Virus record (IMG/VR): IMGVR_UViG_3300009506_000046
Coordinates: 1-52,144 of that record
Reading direction: 5' to 3' (one strand)
Source of the DNA: a virus
Taxonomy: Duplodnaviria; Caudoviricetes
Length of the DNA stretch: 52,144 bases
In this document: positions 35,755 to 44,171 of the stretch, one piece after another
How the letters are laid out: each line of letters opens with the position of its first letter
Numbering within the stretch: position 1 is the stretch's first letter
The notes under the pieces: model-generated
What the model saw: only the letters and a program-made list of their open reading frames with translations
Told to the model about the DNA's origin: nothing
Databases searched by the model: none
Made by a program: the position numbers and the translations under genes

Positions 35755-37383
35755 TCAAGCGTCAATGACAGACTCTTTCAGAGATTGCGGCAAGGAGTTC
35801 TTGACCCTTCTCCAACTGCCGTCAGCTATCGCCACGAACCCGTTGAACTCATCGCCAAGGTCATAATCCTCCGGCCTGCCCCTGCGAGTTCTCCCCAATC
35901 CCTGCGCCAGTGTGTTCCCTGCTTGCCACAGATACCTTTGCATTGAATAGGCTCTCCAAGCGGCCTCAAACGAACTCCCCGACCCCCACAGCGGATAAGG
36001 CACTTTGGCGGCGATGCAAATCTTCTCATCCACGCCATCATACCCGACCCAAAAACTCCAAGTGATACAGATGCTGTTGGGCACTCTCGACTTGCGTTGT
36101 TCCCATTCAATGACTTGCCGATCGGTTGCTACATAGTCATCACCGCCACCGGGCGTTACCCAAACTCTGTCCTCCAACCCCCTCCGCGCCAGTCTATCTG
36201 CAAGTATTCCGGCCTCTGCTTTTCTTGTCACAAGAACCAACCCCGGCCAATCATAGGGACAGTCTAAAATCGACCGTGCTATCTCATCCGCTTGGCGATT
36301 GAAGTCGATCTCTGATGCTTTCGCGCCCATGCTTGGTACGTCCAGAGCGTAGACCGATCTGGAGTCTGGCGGGAACTGGTTTTCAACCGTCAAGCTGGTA
36401 TAATCCTCTATGCCCAATTCCTCCGTGAATGCTCCCAACTCGCCGATTGTCGCGCTCATTAAAATTGTACTAGGCGCATTGATAAAGTACCCTGGAAAGT
36501 GATGCTTGGCAGTTAACGGTTTTGCCACAAATCCAGGCATGATTCTACTTCCCCACCCGGCCGCTCTTTTCCCGCTCTTGATGTACCATTCTGAGTTGTT
36601 CCTAACCAAGGCGTCGCGCGTTGCTCTCAGTTTCCTCCCCAATCTCTCGGCCCTTCTCTTTTCCCTCAATCCCTCTTTTGTTTCGGCGAATCTCAATCTA
36701 AGCCAATGCTGGACCATTAGATCCCTCGACACGTTCAACCACTCCACCGCCTCAGGCACAGGGTCAGACTCATCTATCATCATACCCCCGCCCTTCCTCG
36801 GGCGTAGCTCCGGGAACTCTGGCAATTCCCACGTCTTTCTGTCCTTCTCTGTAATGGTGCATCCTGCCCAATCGGTTACTACCTTGTGAAGCTCATGTGC
36901 CTCATCAAGCACCAGGCATGACGCCGGGTTCTGCCTTGGCCACTTTGCGCTCAAGTAATAGGCATAGTTCAAGCTCGCCTTATCGCTCTGTTTGGCGATT
37001 TCCTTCTGAACCACGTACGGGCAAGATTTGACATGAGGGCACTCGTACATGTTGGAGTTGTGGAGGCAATCCGCTGCCGTTGCTTCTAATAAAGCTTCCT
37101 CATGAACACACTCGTAGTTTCCCTTGCCAAACAGCACATCAAACTCATACACCCTGCCGTAGTTCTCAGATTGTAGGTTCTTGGTTCTACAAAGTGCTAT
37201 CACTGACTTTGTGTTCCCTACTCCCGCGGCGTAGGACGTTTTCCCGCTCCCCGTTGGGGCCTCAATAACTCCCACGCCTTCTAAGTTGAGGCACCAATCA
37301 ATCGCCCCGGCTTGTCCTGGCCTCAAGTTCTCATGAGGCAATCCATAATCACGTTCCTCTTGCTTATCCTGCCCGTTGTCCAT
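35755..37383 (-). CDS. DinG/Rad3-like SF2 helicase
   Basis: LRPGQ, EAPTGSGKT, GKGNYEC...C...C...CPY (FeS-type Cys), LDEAH, LMSAT, QGLGRTRR. Confidence 0.88.
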   Translation of the reverse strand: MDNGQDKQEERDYGLPHENLRPGQAGAIDWCLNLEGVGVIEAPTGSGKTSYAAGVGNTKSVIALCRTKNLQSENYGRVYEFDVLFGKGNYECVHEEALLEATAADCLHNSNMYECPHVKSCPYVVQKEIAKQSDKASLNYAYYLSAKWPRQNPASCLVLDEAHELHKVVTDWAGCTITEKDRKTWELPEFPELRPRKGGGMMIDESDPVPEAVEWLNVSRDLMVQHWLRLRFAETKEGLREKRRAERLGRKLRATRDALVRNNSEWYIKSGKRAAGWGSRIMPGFVAKPLTAKHHFPGYFINAPSTILMSATIGELGAFTEELGIEDYTSLTVENQFPPDSRSVYALDVPSMGAKASEIDFNRQADEIARSILDCPYDWPGLVLVTRKAEAGILADRLARRGLEDRVWVTPGGGDDYVATDRQVIEWEQRKSRVPNSICITWSFWVGYDGVDEKICIAAKVPYPLWGSGSSFEAAWRAYSMQRYLWQAGNTLAQGLGRTRRGRPEDYDLGDEFNGFVAIADGSWRRVKNSLPQSLKESVIDA

Positions 37384-37400
37384 CCTTTTCCTCCTTGTCG

Positions 37401-37525
37401 TTTATTAATTAAGCTTGATTAACTAATTAACTCTTAACTTTCCTGTGATAATTAAAAGTTAATTAATTAAAGCGTCTGTAACACTCTTATGTGTTACAGG
37501 TCATTTAATTAATTAACTTTTAATT
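37401..37525. other. AT-rich region with a 76-bp inverted repeat; candidate replication origin
   Basis: 22-bp arms 37450-37471 / 37504-37525 plus 9-bp inner arms CTGTAACAC/GTGTTACAG; multiple TTAATTAA. Confidence 0.6.
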
Positions 37526-38088
37526 GATCTCCAAAACCCGCGCCCTGCCGCTGAGCTATACCCCTCTCTTGATGCTACGTTTTTCATTAGTGACCAATCT
37601 TGCTCGTCTCTTATTATGCCCTCGATCTCTGCTGCAGCTTTGATGTCTCCGACCTCGTACTCCTCGCCATTGGCAAGCAACTCTTTCAACCATTCAAGCA
37701 TCGCTTGTGTTTTGGTCGCCGGGGTGGGGGATTTTATAGCGTACGTCCTCAGAAATTCCTCATAGTCGATTTCATGTGCTTCACAAAACTCCCCAAAGTC
37801 TGCTAGCCCCATACGCTCATACAACTCGGCTAGTAGCTCCTGGTCGGACGAATCCGCTTGCCTTCTTAGGGCTTCCAGCTTTGTAATAATGGCAATAGTC
37901 TTTCCGTCAACTTTATCACCTAACTCATCCGACACCGCTTTAAGTCCAGCGAACCAGATATGATTGATTGCTCCGGTTTTACTGGTCCCGAGTGCTGCCC
38001 AAACTTTGATAAACTGCGTCTCCAACTCAAGTACCTCATCCGGTGAACCTCTGGAGTAGACGGGGTAGACTCTAATCACTTGTGCCAT
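37513..38088 (-). CDS. Putative DNA-binding protein with winged-helix-like C-terminus; candidate initiator/regulator
   Basis: First gene of the early arm, GAAAGGA RBS; WLKELLANG...DIKAAAEIEG...GFW C-terminus. Confidence 0.6.
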   Translation of the reverse strand: MAQVIRVYPVYSRGSPDEVLELETQFIKVWAALGTSKTGAINHIWFAGLKAVSDELGDKVDGKTIAIITKLEALRRQADSSDQELLAELYERMGLADFGEFCEAHEIDYEEFLRTYAIKSPTPATKTQAMLEWLKELLANGEEYEVGDIKAAAEIEGIIRDEQDWSLMKNVASREGYSSAAGRGFWRSIKS

Positions 38089-38136
38089 GTTTTTTCCTTT
38101 CTGGTGGAGTTAGGTTGGTGGAGTTGGGATTGAAAC

Positions 38137-38238
38137 AAAAAAAGCCCTTTGCGCGAGTCCGGCCCCAAGGTAAGTCAGTGAGTTGGGGCCGGGCCAGCCC
38201 CTTAAGAAAAGGGCCGGACCCGTGCAAAGAGCTTTTTT
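38137..38238 (-). ncRNA. Structured early-leader RNA (terminator/antisense switch)
   Basis: ~28-bp stem ending in U7, an alternative inner hairpin, and loop CACUGACUUACCUU complementary to early RBS motifs. Confidence 0.65.
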
Positions 38239-38340
38239 GAGTGCGGTGCACAGTTGTCAAGGTTGCCACTGACTTACCCTTTCTTGCTTGCCCCGTCTGC
38301 GGGTTGCCCAATCCCGCGGGGTTACTTACAACGCACTGCC

Positions 38341-38369
38341 ATTCTAACACATTTCTTACCGTTTGTCAA
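38341..38369 (-). promoter_or_regulatory. Leftward (early) promoter
   Basis: TTGACA-17-TAGAAT with TG extension. Confidence 0.85.
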
Positions 38370-38389
38370 GCATTCGTTAGATGTCTCTG

Positions 38390-38418
38390 TTGACATTGGC
38401 CCTTTTCTATGCTATACT
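38390..38418 (+). promoter_or_regulatory. Rightward (late) promoter
   Basis: TTGACA-17-TATACT with TG extension; back-to-back with the early promoter. Confidence 0.85.
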
Positions 38419-38455
38419 GGACCGGACGAACGGGGAGACGCTGCCCGATTCGGTG

Positions 38456-38491
38456 CCCGCGGTATCCCTGTCGCCCGCGGGTTTTCTTTTT
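38456..38491 (+). terminator. Promoter-proximal terminator in the late leader
   Basis: CCCGCGG...CCGCGGG stem followed by TTTTCTTTTT before the holin RBS. Confidence 0.6.
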
Positions 38492-38513
38492 CCGTCACCG
38501 AAAGGAGCTGCCT

Positions 38514-38810
38514 GTGGATCTACAAGAGTTTTTAGTATGGGTCTTTGGCGGCGGTGGTAGTATCGCCGCGGCTTACCTCTTGGTCAAGTACATCTCATTT
38601 CTTGACAACCTCGCCAGCGAGCCCAAGCGATATGCTTCCCTTGCCATAGCATCCGTTCTTGGTGGGGCGGCATTCTACCTCAGCACGGTTCTTGGTTACG
38701 TTGACACCCCGGAAAGCGCCAAAGCGTGGATCGAGGCACTATTTGCCATCGCCTGGGTAGTTGTGACCGGCTCTCAAGCCGTCCACGGTCGACTTGACCT
38801 TAGGGAGTAA
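38514..38810 (+). CDS. Putative holin (3 TM)
   Basis: AAAGGAG RBS, GTG start; three hydrophobic segments; precedes the amidase. Confidence 0.7.
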   Translation: MDLQEFLVWVFGGGGSIAAAYLLVKYISFLDNLASEPKRYASLAIASVLGGAAFYLSTVLGYVDTPESAKAWIEALFAIAWVVVTGSQAVHGRLDLRE

Positions 38811-38969
38811 CCATTACCTTGATACCTTTTTTAAGGGCAAGCCGCGATAAACCACGCGGTGCCGCCGCCCGCCGTGGTAAGCCGTTCCTCCTTGCGGCTT
38901 GCCGCTACTCCCCGCGGCTTGTTGCGGCTTGCCCTACGCTACAATGGCTTTCCCTCGCTATAAGGTGAC

Positions 38970-39638
38970 ATGATGACAGACCAAAACCCCCTGCAGCTTG
39001 CTACTCAGATGCTCGGCCTCACGAACCAACTTATCGACTCCCTAAGGGGTTTGCCCAAACCTCCTCCTTGGCGCAACATCATTGGCGAACTCGCCACTAA
39101 CCCCGGCCCTTATTCCAACGTTTATCTCAACCGCAGCGGCGGTTGGTGGCAGAGGTCCATGGATGAAATTACAGGCATGACCTTTCACCATACCCTCAGC
39201 GACAGCCCCCACGCTACAGCCGCCCACTATGTCAATTATGGAGGCGGCAGGCCAACCACCCCGTACTCAATTTGGATCACTCAGACCGGCGAGATTCTCC
39301 TTTGCGTCCCTCTAACCTCTGGCTTGTGGCATGACCACACCGGCCACCGAAACACTAACTTATCCATCGGTTTGGCTGGCAAGTTGCATATTTACCAACC
39401 CGCCGATGTCCAACTTTACGCCGCGGCCAAGCTCGTCAAGTGGTTGTTGCACTCTCCTGACTTTCCCCGACTAACTTCAACCGCACAAATCAAAGGCCAC
39501 ATGGACGTAGGAACCTGCAAGAACCGAACAGAGTGCCCCGGCTGGATGACCATTGACGCTGAGCGCGGGGTACAACTCGAGGACCGTTGGAAGAACCGCT
39601 TCCAACGCATCATAGCCAAGGTCTTTGATGCTAACTAA
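38970..39638 (+). CDS. Endolysin, N-acetylmuramoyl-L-alanine amidase (Amidase_2-like)
   Basis: TFHHT, WHDHTG..NTNLSIGLAG, IKGHMDV...TECPG Zn-amidase motifs. Confidence 0.8.
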   Translation: MMTDQNPLQLATQMLGLTNQLIDSLRGLPKPPPWRNIIGELATNPGPYSNVYLNRSGGWWQRSMDEITGMTFHHTLSDSPHATAAHYVNYGGGRPTTPYSIWITQTGEILLCVPLTSGLWHDHTGHRNTNLSIGLAGKLHIYQPADVQLYAAAKLVKWLLHSPDFPRLTSTAQIKGHMDVGTCKNRTECPGWMTIDAERGVQLEDRWKNRFQRIIAKVFDAN

Positions 39639-41595
39639 CCCCGGCTTTGAGCAAGATTGGTCTGACGGTGGAACACACCAGGCCTTAGTCATCCCCGCGA
39701 GTCTAGACCCGTATTTCACCGAGCTTGGTAACGTTTTCTCCCCACCGGGTTGGTCAACTTGGTACAGACACGAAGGCGAGTTCGCCCAACCTGAGGTGCG
39801 TGAGTCTTTTTCAATCAATCCCGATCGGATGCGCTCCGGGCTAAAGGGTCTCCTTCTTTTCACGTTCTACCGCAAGCATGACGCTGGATTCTACCAACGA
39901 GTTTTTGTCACCCCGGGCCAAACTTACAGATTGTCAGCCTACGCCCATGCCTGGTCAAACCATCAGGACCCCGCCAGACCTGACAAGTTCCCGCACCCCG
40001 ACGATCCATATTGGAGCGAGGGGGCAGCATACAATCCCTACTTTGCCAAGGTTGGCGACACCGAAGATGACGACCTGCGCAATTTTACCTTTCAGGTGGG
40101 TATTGACCCAACTGGAGGCATCCACCCCCTTTTGCCAAGAGTGGTTTGGGGGGAGGGCGCCCACATCTATAACACTTTCTACCGCGTTCCAAGTGTAGCC
40201 GTAACCGCCGAAACTGACATTATCACCGTTTTCCTGCGCTCATCCACCCTCTGGCCTTTCAAGCACAACGACGCCTATTGGGACGACGTCGAGCTTGAGC
40301 TTGTCGCCGCCCAACGCGGCGCGCCTCGGGTCCAGTACGCCAGAACGTATGTTCTGCTTCCACCCAACTCTAGTTTGGATCTGTGGTATCAGGCAGTGGA
40401 TGAGTTCGCCGGTCTTGACCATACCATCGGCAAAAGCGCCGACGACGCTGGGGTAGGTGACCTTGACCAACGAGTAGTCAAAGCGGTCAATCCCGAAGAG
40501 TGGGGCGCGGGCGAGGATGGCACCGGACTCGCGGGCTTTTTCGCCAAGTACTACCCGGGCGTGGATTTCCAAACCGTCTCCCTTGGCGGTGGGGGAACCG
40601 AACCGCCACCCGTCGAGCTTCCAGAGGGGGAGCGGTTGAGCATCCACCTACAGACGGAAGTCGTGGGGTGGCTGGCGCTCATCAAGGCTATGGCGCGGCG
40701 CGCTATTACCCCCAACGCTTACAAGGCGCAACTTGCAGAGGCTGTTGCAGTCACTACCGGGTACGTCTCCACCGTCAAACCAACTTGGGTCAAGCTCGTT
40801 GGCAACTTTGAGCTTGCCGATGACATCAGGCGAGCCTCACCTGACACGAGGGTGCTTATCCGCCAGCACATCAGTAACCAAGAACCATATTACTCCGGGG
40901 ACCCTGTCGCAGGAGCAAAAGCCTACATTGACACTTTTTGGGATGCGGTCATCGCCAATCCCGACATTGACGGTGTATCCTCACTCAATGAGGAAGTTCC
41001 CACAAACAACCTCAGCAAGCTCATGCAAATCATCGCTTTTGATCTCGCGTTTTCTGATGAGGTGGCGCGTCGCTCGAAAGCTCTCGGCCGTCACATCGTC
41101 GCTGTCCTATTGGAAATTGCGGTTGGGAACCCCGAGCATTCCGAGATGAAGCACCTTGTTCCCATTGCCGAGAAGTGCCTAGAGCATGACCACGCCATCG
41201 GGTACCACGCTTACTTCCCGTGCCATCCCGATTATGCCGAGGAGTGGTTTGAGAAGTGGGGCTATCATTACCACTTCCGTACAAGGTCAATGCAATCCGA
41301 GTTCGACAAGCACGGCTTGCGCCCTCGCTACCTCTACACCGAAGCCGGAGCGGTGGCGGGTGAGCCAACCGCTGACGGTCGGGTAGGCGTGCTCAACGCC
41401 GGTGCGGGGTGGCGACACCCAACTTGCTTGGTCGGCAACCTGGACCGCTACATCAATCTCTTGCTGCGTCTCCGTGATGAGGATGATTTGGCCGAAGTCG
41501 CCACCATCTTTACAACCGGTATGGACTACATCGGGTGGAAGTGGTTTCTATTTAACGGACCTGAATTGTCGAGATTATCCAGTGCCCTAGCATGA
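39628..41595 (+). CDS. CBM-like domain + clan GH-A glycoside hydrolase (second lysin or envelope hydrolase)
   Basis: LTNPGFE...YWDDVEL CBM-like domain; LNEE, GYHAY, YTEAG TIM-barrel GH motifs. Confidence 0.65.
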   Translation: MLTNPGFEQDWSDGGTHQALVIPASLDPYFTELGNVFSPPGWSTWYRHEGEFAQPEVRESFSINPDRMRSGLKGLLLFTFYRKHDAGFYQRVFVTPGQTYRLSAYAHAWSNHQDPARPDKFPHPDDPYWSEGAAYNPYFAKVGDTEDDDLRNFTFQVGIDPTGGIHPLLPRVVWGEGAHIYNTFYRVPSVAVTAETDIITVFLRSSTLWPFKHNDAYWDDVELELVAAQRGAPRVQYARTYVLLPPNSSLDLWYQAVDEFAGLDHTIGKSADDAGVGDLDQRVVKAVNPEEWGAGEDGTGLAGFFAKYYPGVDFQTVSLGGGGTEPPPVELPEGERLSIHLQTEVVGWLALIKAMARRAITPNAYKAQLAEAVAVTTGYVSTVKPTWVKLVGNFELADDIRRASPDTRVLIRQHISNQEPYYSGDPVAGAKAYIDTFWDAVIANPDIDGVSSLNEEVPTNNLSKLMQIIAFDLAFSDEVARRSKALGRHIVAVLLEIAVGNPEHSEMKHLVPIAEKCLEHDHAIGYHAYFPCHPDYAEEWFEKWGYHYHFRTRSMQSEFDKHGLRPRYLYTEAGAVAGEPTADGRVGVLNAGAGWRHPTCLVGNLDRYINLLLRLRDEDDLAEVATIFTTGMDYIGWKWFLFNGPELSRLSSALA

Positions 41596-41598
41596 CCA

Positions 41599-41895
41599 AT
41601 GCCTGCAGAACTCATCAATGTCCTACTTCAACTGGGCGTAGCGGGGGTCTTTATATGGTTTTTATACAATCAGCTGGACCGTCGCGAGAAGCGACTGACC
41701 GAGTACGAAAAGGAAGTCTGTAGGCTGCGGGATGAGTATGACGAACTCCTTATGGCGCGCATTCACGATAAGGAACGGCAAGAAACCATCCTCTGGCAGA
41801 TCGGGCGGGCCCTGCAACAACTCGCAGAATCGGAACGGCGCAGAAATGGAAAGAAGGCTGGTGGAAGCACAGACTCGCCTCGAGAGCGCTTATAG
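41599..41895 (+). CDS. Single-TM coiled-coil protein (holin-like)
   Basis: LLQLGVAGVFIWFLY TM followed by a coiled coil; in the lysis cluster. Confidence 0.6.
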   Translation: MPAELINVLLQLGVAGVFIWFLYNQLDRREKRLTEYEKEVCRLRDEYDELLMARIHDKERQETILWQIGRALQQLAESERRRNGKKAGGSTDSPRERL

Positions 41896-41953
41896 TTTTT
41901 TTCTTACCGCCGTACATGACGTGAAAAAAGCGGCGACGACAGAGGGGGAATAG

Positions 41954-42538
41954 ATGCCACAGGCTTACCATAAAAACCCGCGGGTCATTACCAGGAAACA
42001 GAGGGATGACCTCGCCGAGTGGCTAGAGGAACTTGGTGACATCAGCGGCATAGTCCACGACTTGAACTCCGACGAACTCCCTTGCGGGAACCAGCGATCG
42101 GACATCATTGACATTGGTCAATGTGAGATCGTCTTAACCGAAGAGCTTAACGAGCCCGACGAGCAAGGAACCGTTGCTTGGGGCTATGCACTCTGGAACG
42201 GCAAGAAGTACAACTACCGCGCCGTGAGCTGGACCCCCGAGCAATGCGAGAAGGCTAACATCATAGCCAACGCCTCCGGTGGTGACTGGGATTGGACAAT
42301 GCTAGCTTCTGACTTTGACGCCGCGGATCTCCTAAAGTGGGGAATTGACGGTATTGACCTGGCCCTAAAACCCAATGGCGGGAGGGGCAAGGCTGGCGAG
42401 ATTGACCTTTCCCAATTTGAGCAAATCGATGCGCCCAATGTGTTCTATCGTGTAGTCATCGACGGCTTAACCCTCTCCGGTGCCAACAAGATAGCGGAGG
42501 ACTTTGAGGGCGCAAGGGTGGAGCAATACCGTGAGTGA
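41954..42538 (+). CDS. ParB/Srx-like domain protein
   Basis: YHKNPRVI...LEELGD...GNQR and NIIAN...GDWD...L motifs. Confidence 0.7.
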   Translation: MPQAYHKNPRVITRKQRDDLAEWLEELGDISGIVHDLNSDELPCGNQRSDIIDIGQCEIVLTEELNEPDEQGTVAWGYALWNGKKYNYRAVSWTPEQCEKANIIANASGGDWDWTMLASDFDAADLLKWGIDGIDLALKPNGGRGKAGEIDLSQFEQIDAPNVFYRVVIDGLTLSGANKIAEDFEGARVEQYRE

Positions 42539-43943
42539 CATCGGCAGCCTTGGCGTGGTTGCGGTTATGCCGTTCTGGTCAAACTCCGACAACCTCAACA
42601 CTGACAGCAACTACGTTTTTGTGCGTGTCGTGCTACCTGAGCTATCCAAGCTCATGCCGCACTCTGTCATCTTGCTCTTTTTCCCTGACCCTGCCTACGG
42701 CCGCGACAAGTGGTACTACACTCCCGATGGACTGCAATCGGACCGGATTAGATTCATTTCTTGGCCTTACGACACCGCCATGCGCTCATCCGTTCTCGGG
42801 TTCTCAACGGAGCGCTTTGGCGAGATCGAAACCGACTATGCCCCCGTCGTCTATTGGCTTCACCAAGTCGAGTCCGGGGCTTCAATGAAGGGCGGCTTCA
42901 AGCAACACTTTAACTATGCCTCCCAACCGAGTATCGTAGCACAGCACCATTACATCATCCACAAAAGCCTTCCATACCCCTTTGAGGGCATGTTCCCTAG
43001 GCTGTGGCATCAGATGGGCGGTTCAATCGCTGCCGATGCCGTGGTTTACAACTCCGACCACTGCATCAGTATGGCGCGGGACTCTTTCGGCATGTATCTC
43101 AATTCCCAACAGATGGACCAACTTGAGAAAAAGTCCCAAGTACTGCGGTTTGGCCTCTTGCGTGGGGACGAACCGCAGGCGCCCAACGCCAACGGCGACG
43201 AACCGCCCATCGTGCTTTACAACCACCGCTTTGAGAACTACAAGCAACCCAAGACAACCTTTGCTGTCCTTGACAGCTTGCGTGAGGCTCACAACTTTCG
43301 AGTGTGGGCCACCCAGGTCAGTGGTCAAGATACAAAAAGCTATAACATCGACGAATTTCTTTACGAGCCCAACAGAGCATCATATCTCGCCCGTTGCGCT
43401 GTCCCTGCAATCAATACTATAAACTCCATTCACGAAACCTTTTGCATCTCAATCCTTGACTCTCTGGCCATGGGTCATTTGGTAGTTTTGCCCAACGCCT
43501 TGACCTTCCCTGAGCTTGTGCCACCCGACTATCCTTACCTATTCAAGAACGAAGTTGAGCAAGAAGCGATGCTCTCCAGTATCATGGCCAACTGGCCTGA
43601 TTCCTTCAATGAATGGTCAAACGCATTATCCACTCACGCCAGGGAAAATTTTAACGTTGAGGCTTACGCTCGTCGTTACCTTGAGGTGCTCGAGCTTGCC
43701 GAATCACGTTACCGCAGGTTTGTCAAAAAAGACCACATACAAGTGGCCATGGATCGCTTTTTCGCTTCTTTCAAGGTTGGGGAGGAATACGACTTGCTCA
43801 CTGCGGGGCGCAAGTGTCGCCGCAATGCCAAACTCAGCGACCAGGCTTGCCCCAACCGCCGCGTAACCCGCGAAGCTATGATGTATGGTGGTATCGGTGT
43901 CAAGTGGGCAGATGGAGGGATTAGGCTCTACCGCTATGACTAG
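42531..43943 (+). CDS. GT-B (GT4-like) glycosyltransferase
   Basis: VVYNSDH, VLYNHRFENYKQP, SIHETFCISILDS...VVLPNALTFPELVP; GTG start overlapping the ParB-like stop. Confidence 0.75.
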   Translation: MSDIGSLGVVAVMPFWSNSDNLNTDSNYVFVRVVLPELSKLMPHSVILLFFPDPAYGRDKWYYTPDGLQSDRIRFISWPYDTAMRSSVLGFSTERFGEIETDYAPVVYWLHQVESGASMKGGFKQHFNYASQPSIVAQHHYIIHKSLPYPFEGMFPRLWHQMGGSIAADAVVYNSDHCISMARDSFGMYLNSQQMDQLEKKSQVLRFGLLRGDEPQAPNANGDEPPIVLYNHRFENYKQPKTTFAVLDSLREAHNFRVWATQVSGQDTKSYNIDEFLYEPNRASYLARCAVPAINTINSIHETFCISILDSLAMGHLVVLPNALTFPELVPPDYPYLFKNEVEQEAMLSSIMANWPDSFNEWSNALSTHARENFNVEAYARRYLEVLELAESRYRRFVKKDHIQVAMDRFFASFKVGEEYDLLTAGRKCRRNAKLSDQACPNRRVTREAMMYGGIGVKWADGGIRLYRYD

Positions 43944-43944
43944 T

Positions 43945-44145
43945 TCAACGCATCAACTTGGTTACCGTGGGCATGGGAACCCTTTTCTTGGTTGTCCTAC
44001 TGTAAGCCTTGATAGCATCAATATACGCTTGAGCTGCAATCCTCGCGGACTCTTCACTAACCTGTCCTTGGTAGAATGCCGCCTTAAGGATCTCGAACGT
44101 TTTCCGGGCACTTCTAACGGCGTCTCCTGGTGTGTTCCCTGTCAT
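43945..44145 (-). CDS. Small basic protein with its own family A promoter
   Basis: GGGAGG RBS; fills the gap between the glycosyltransferase and terS exactly. Confidence 0.7.
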   Translation of the reverse strand: MTGNTPGDAVRSARKTFEILKAAFYQGQVSEESARIAAQAYIDAIKAYSRTTKKRVPMPTVTKLMR

Positions 44146-44171
44146 TTCTTGGCCTCCCTCTGTATATCATT

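Noticed and set aside
37450-37525. Firm call as a protelomerase (telRL) site
   Set aside because: No protelomerase or tyrosine-recombinase ORF recognised; kept only as an alternative to the origin hypothesis
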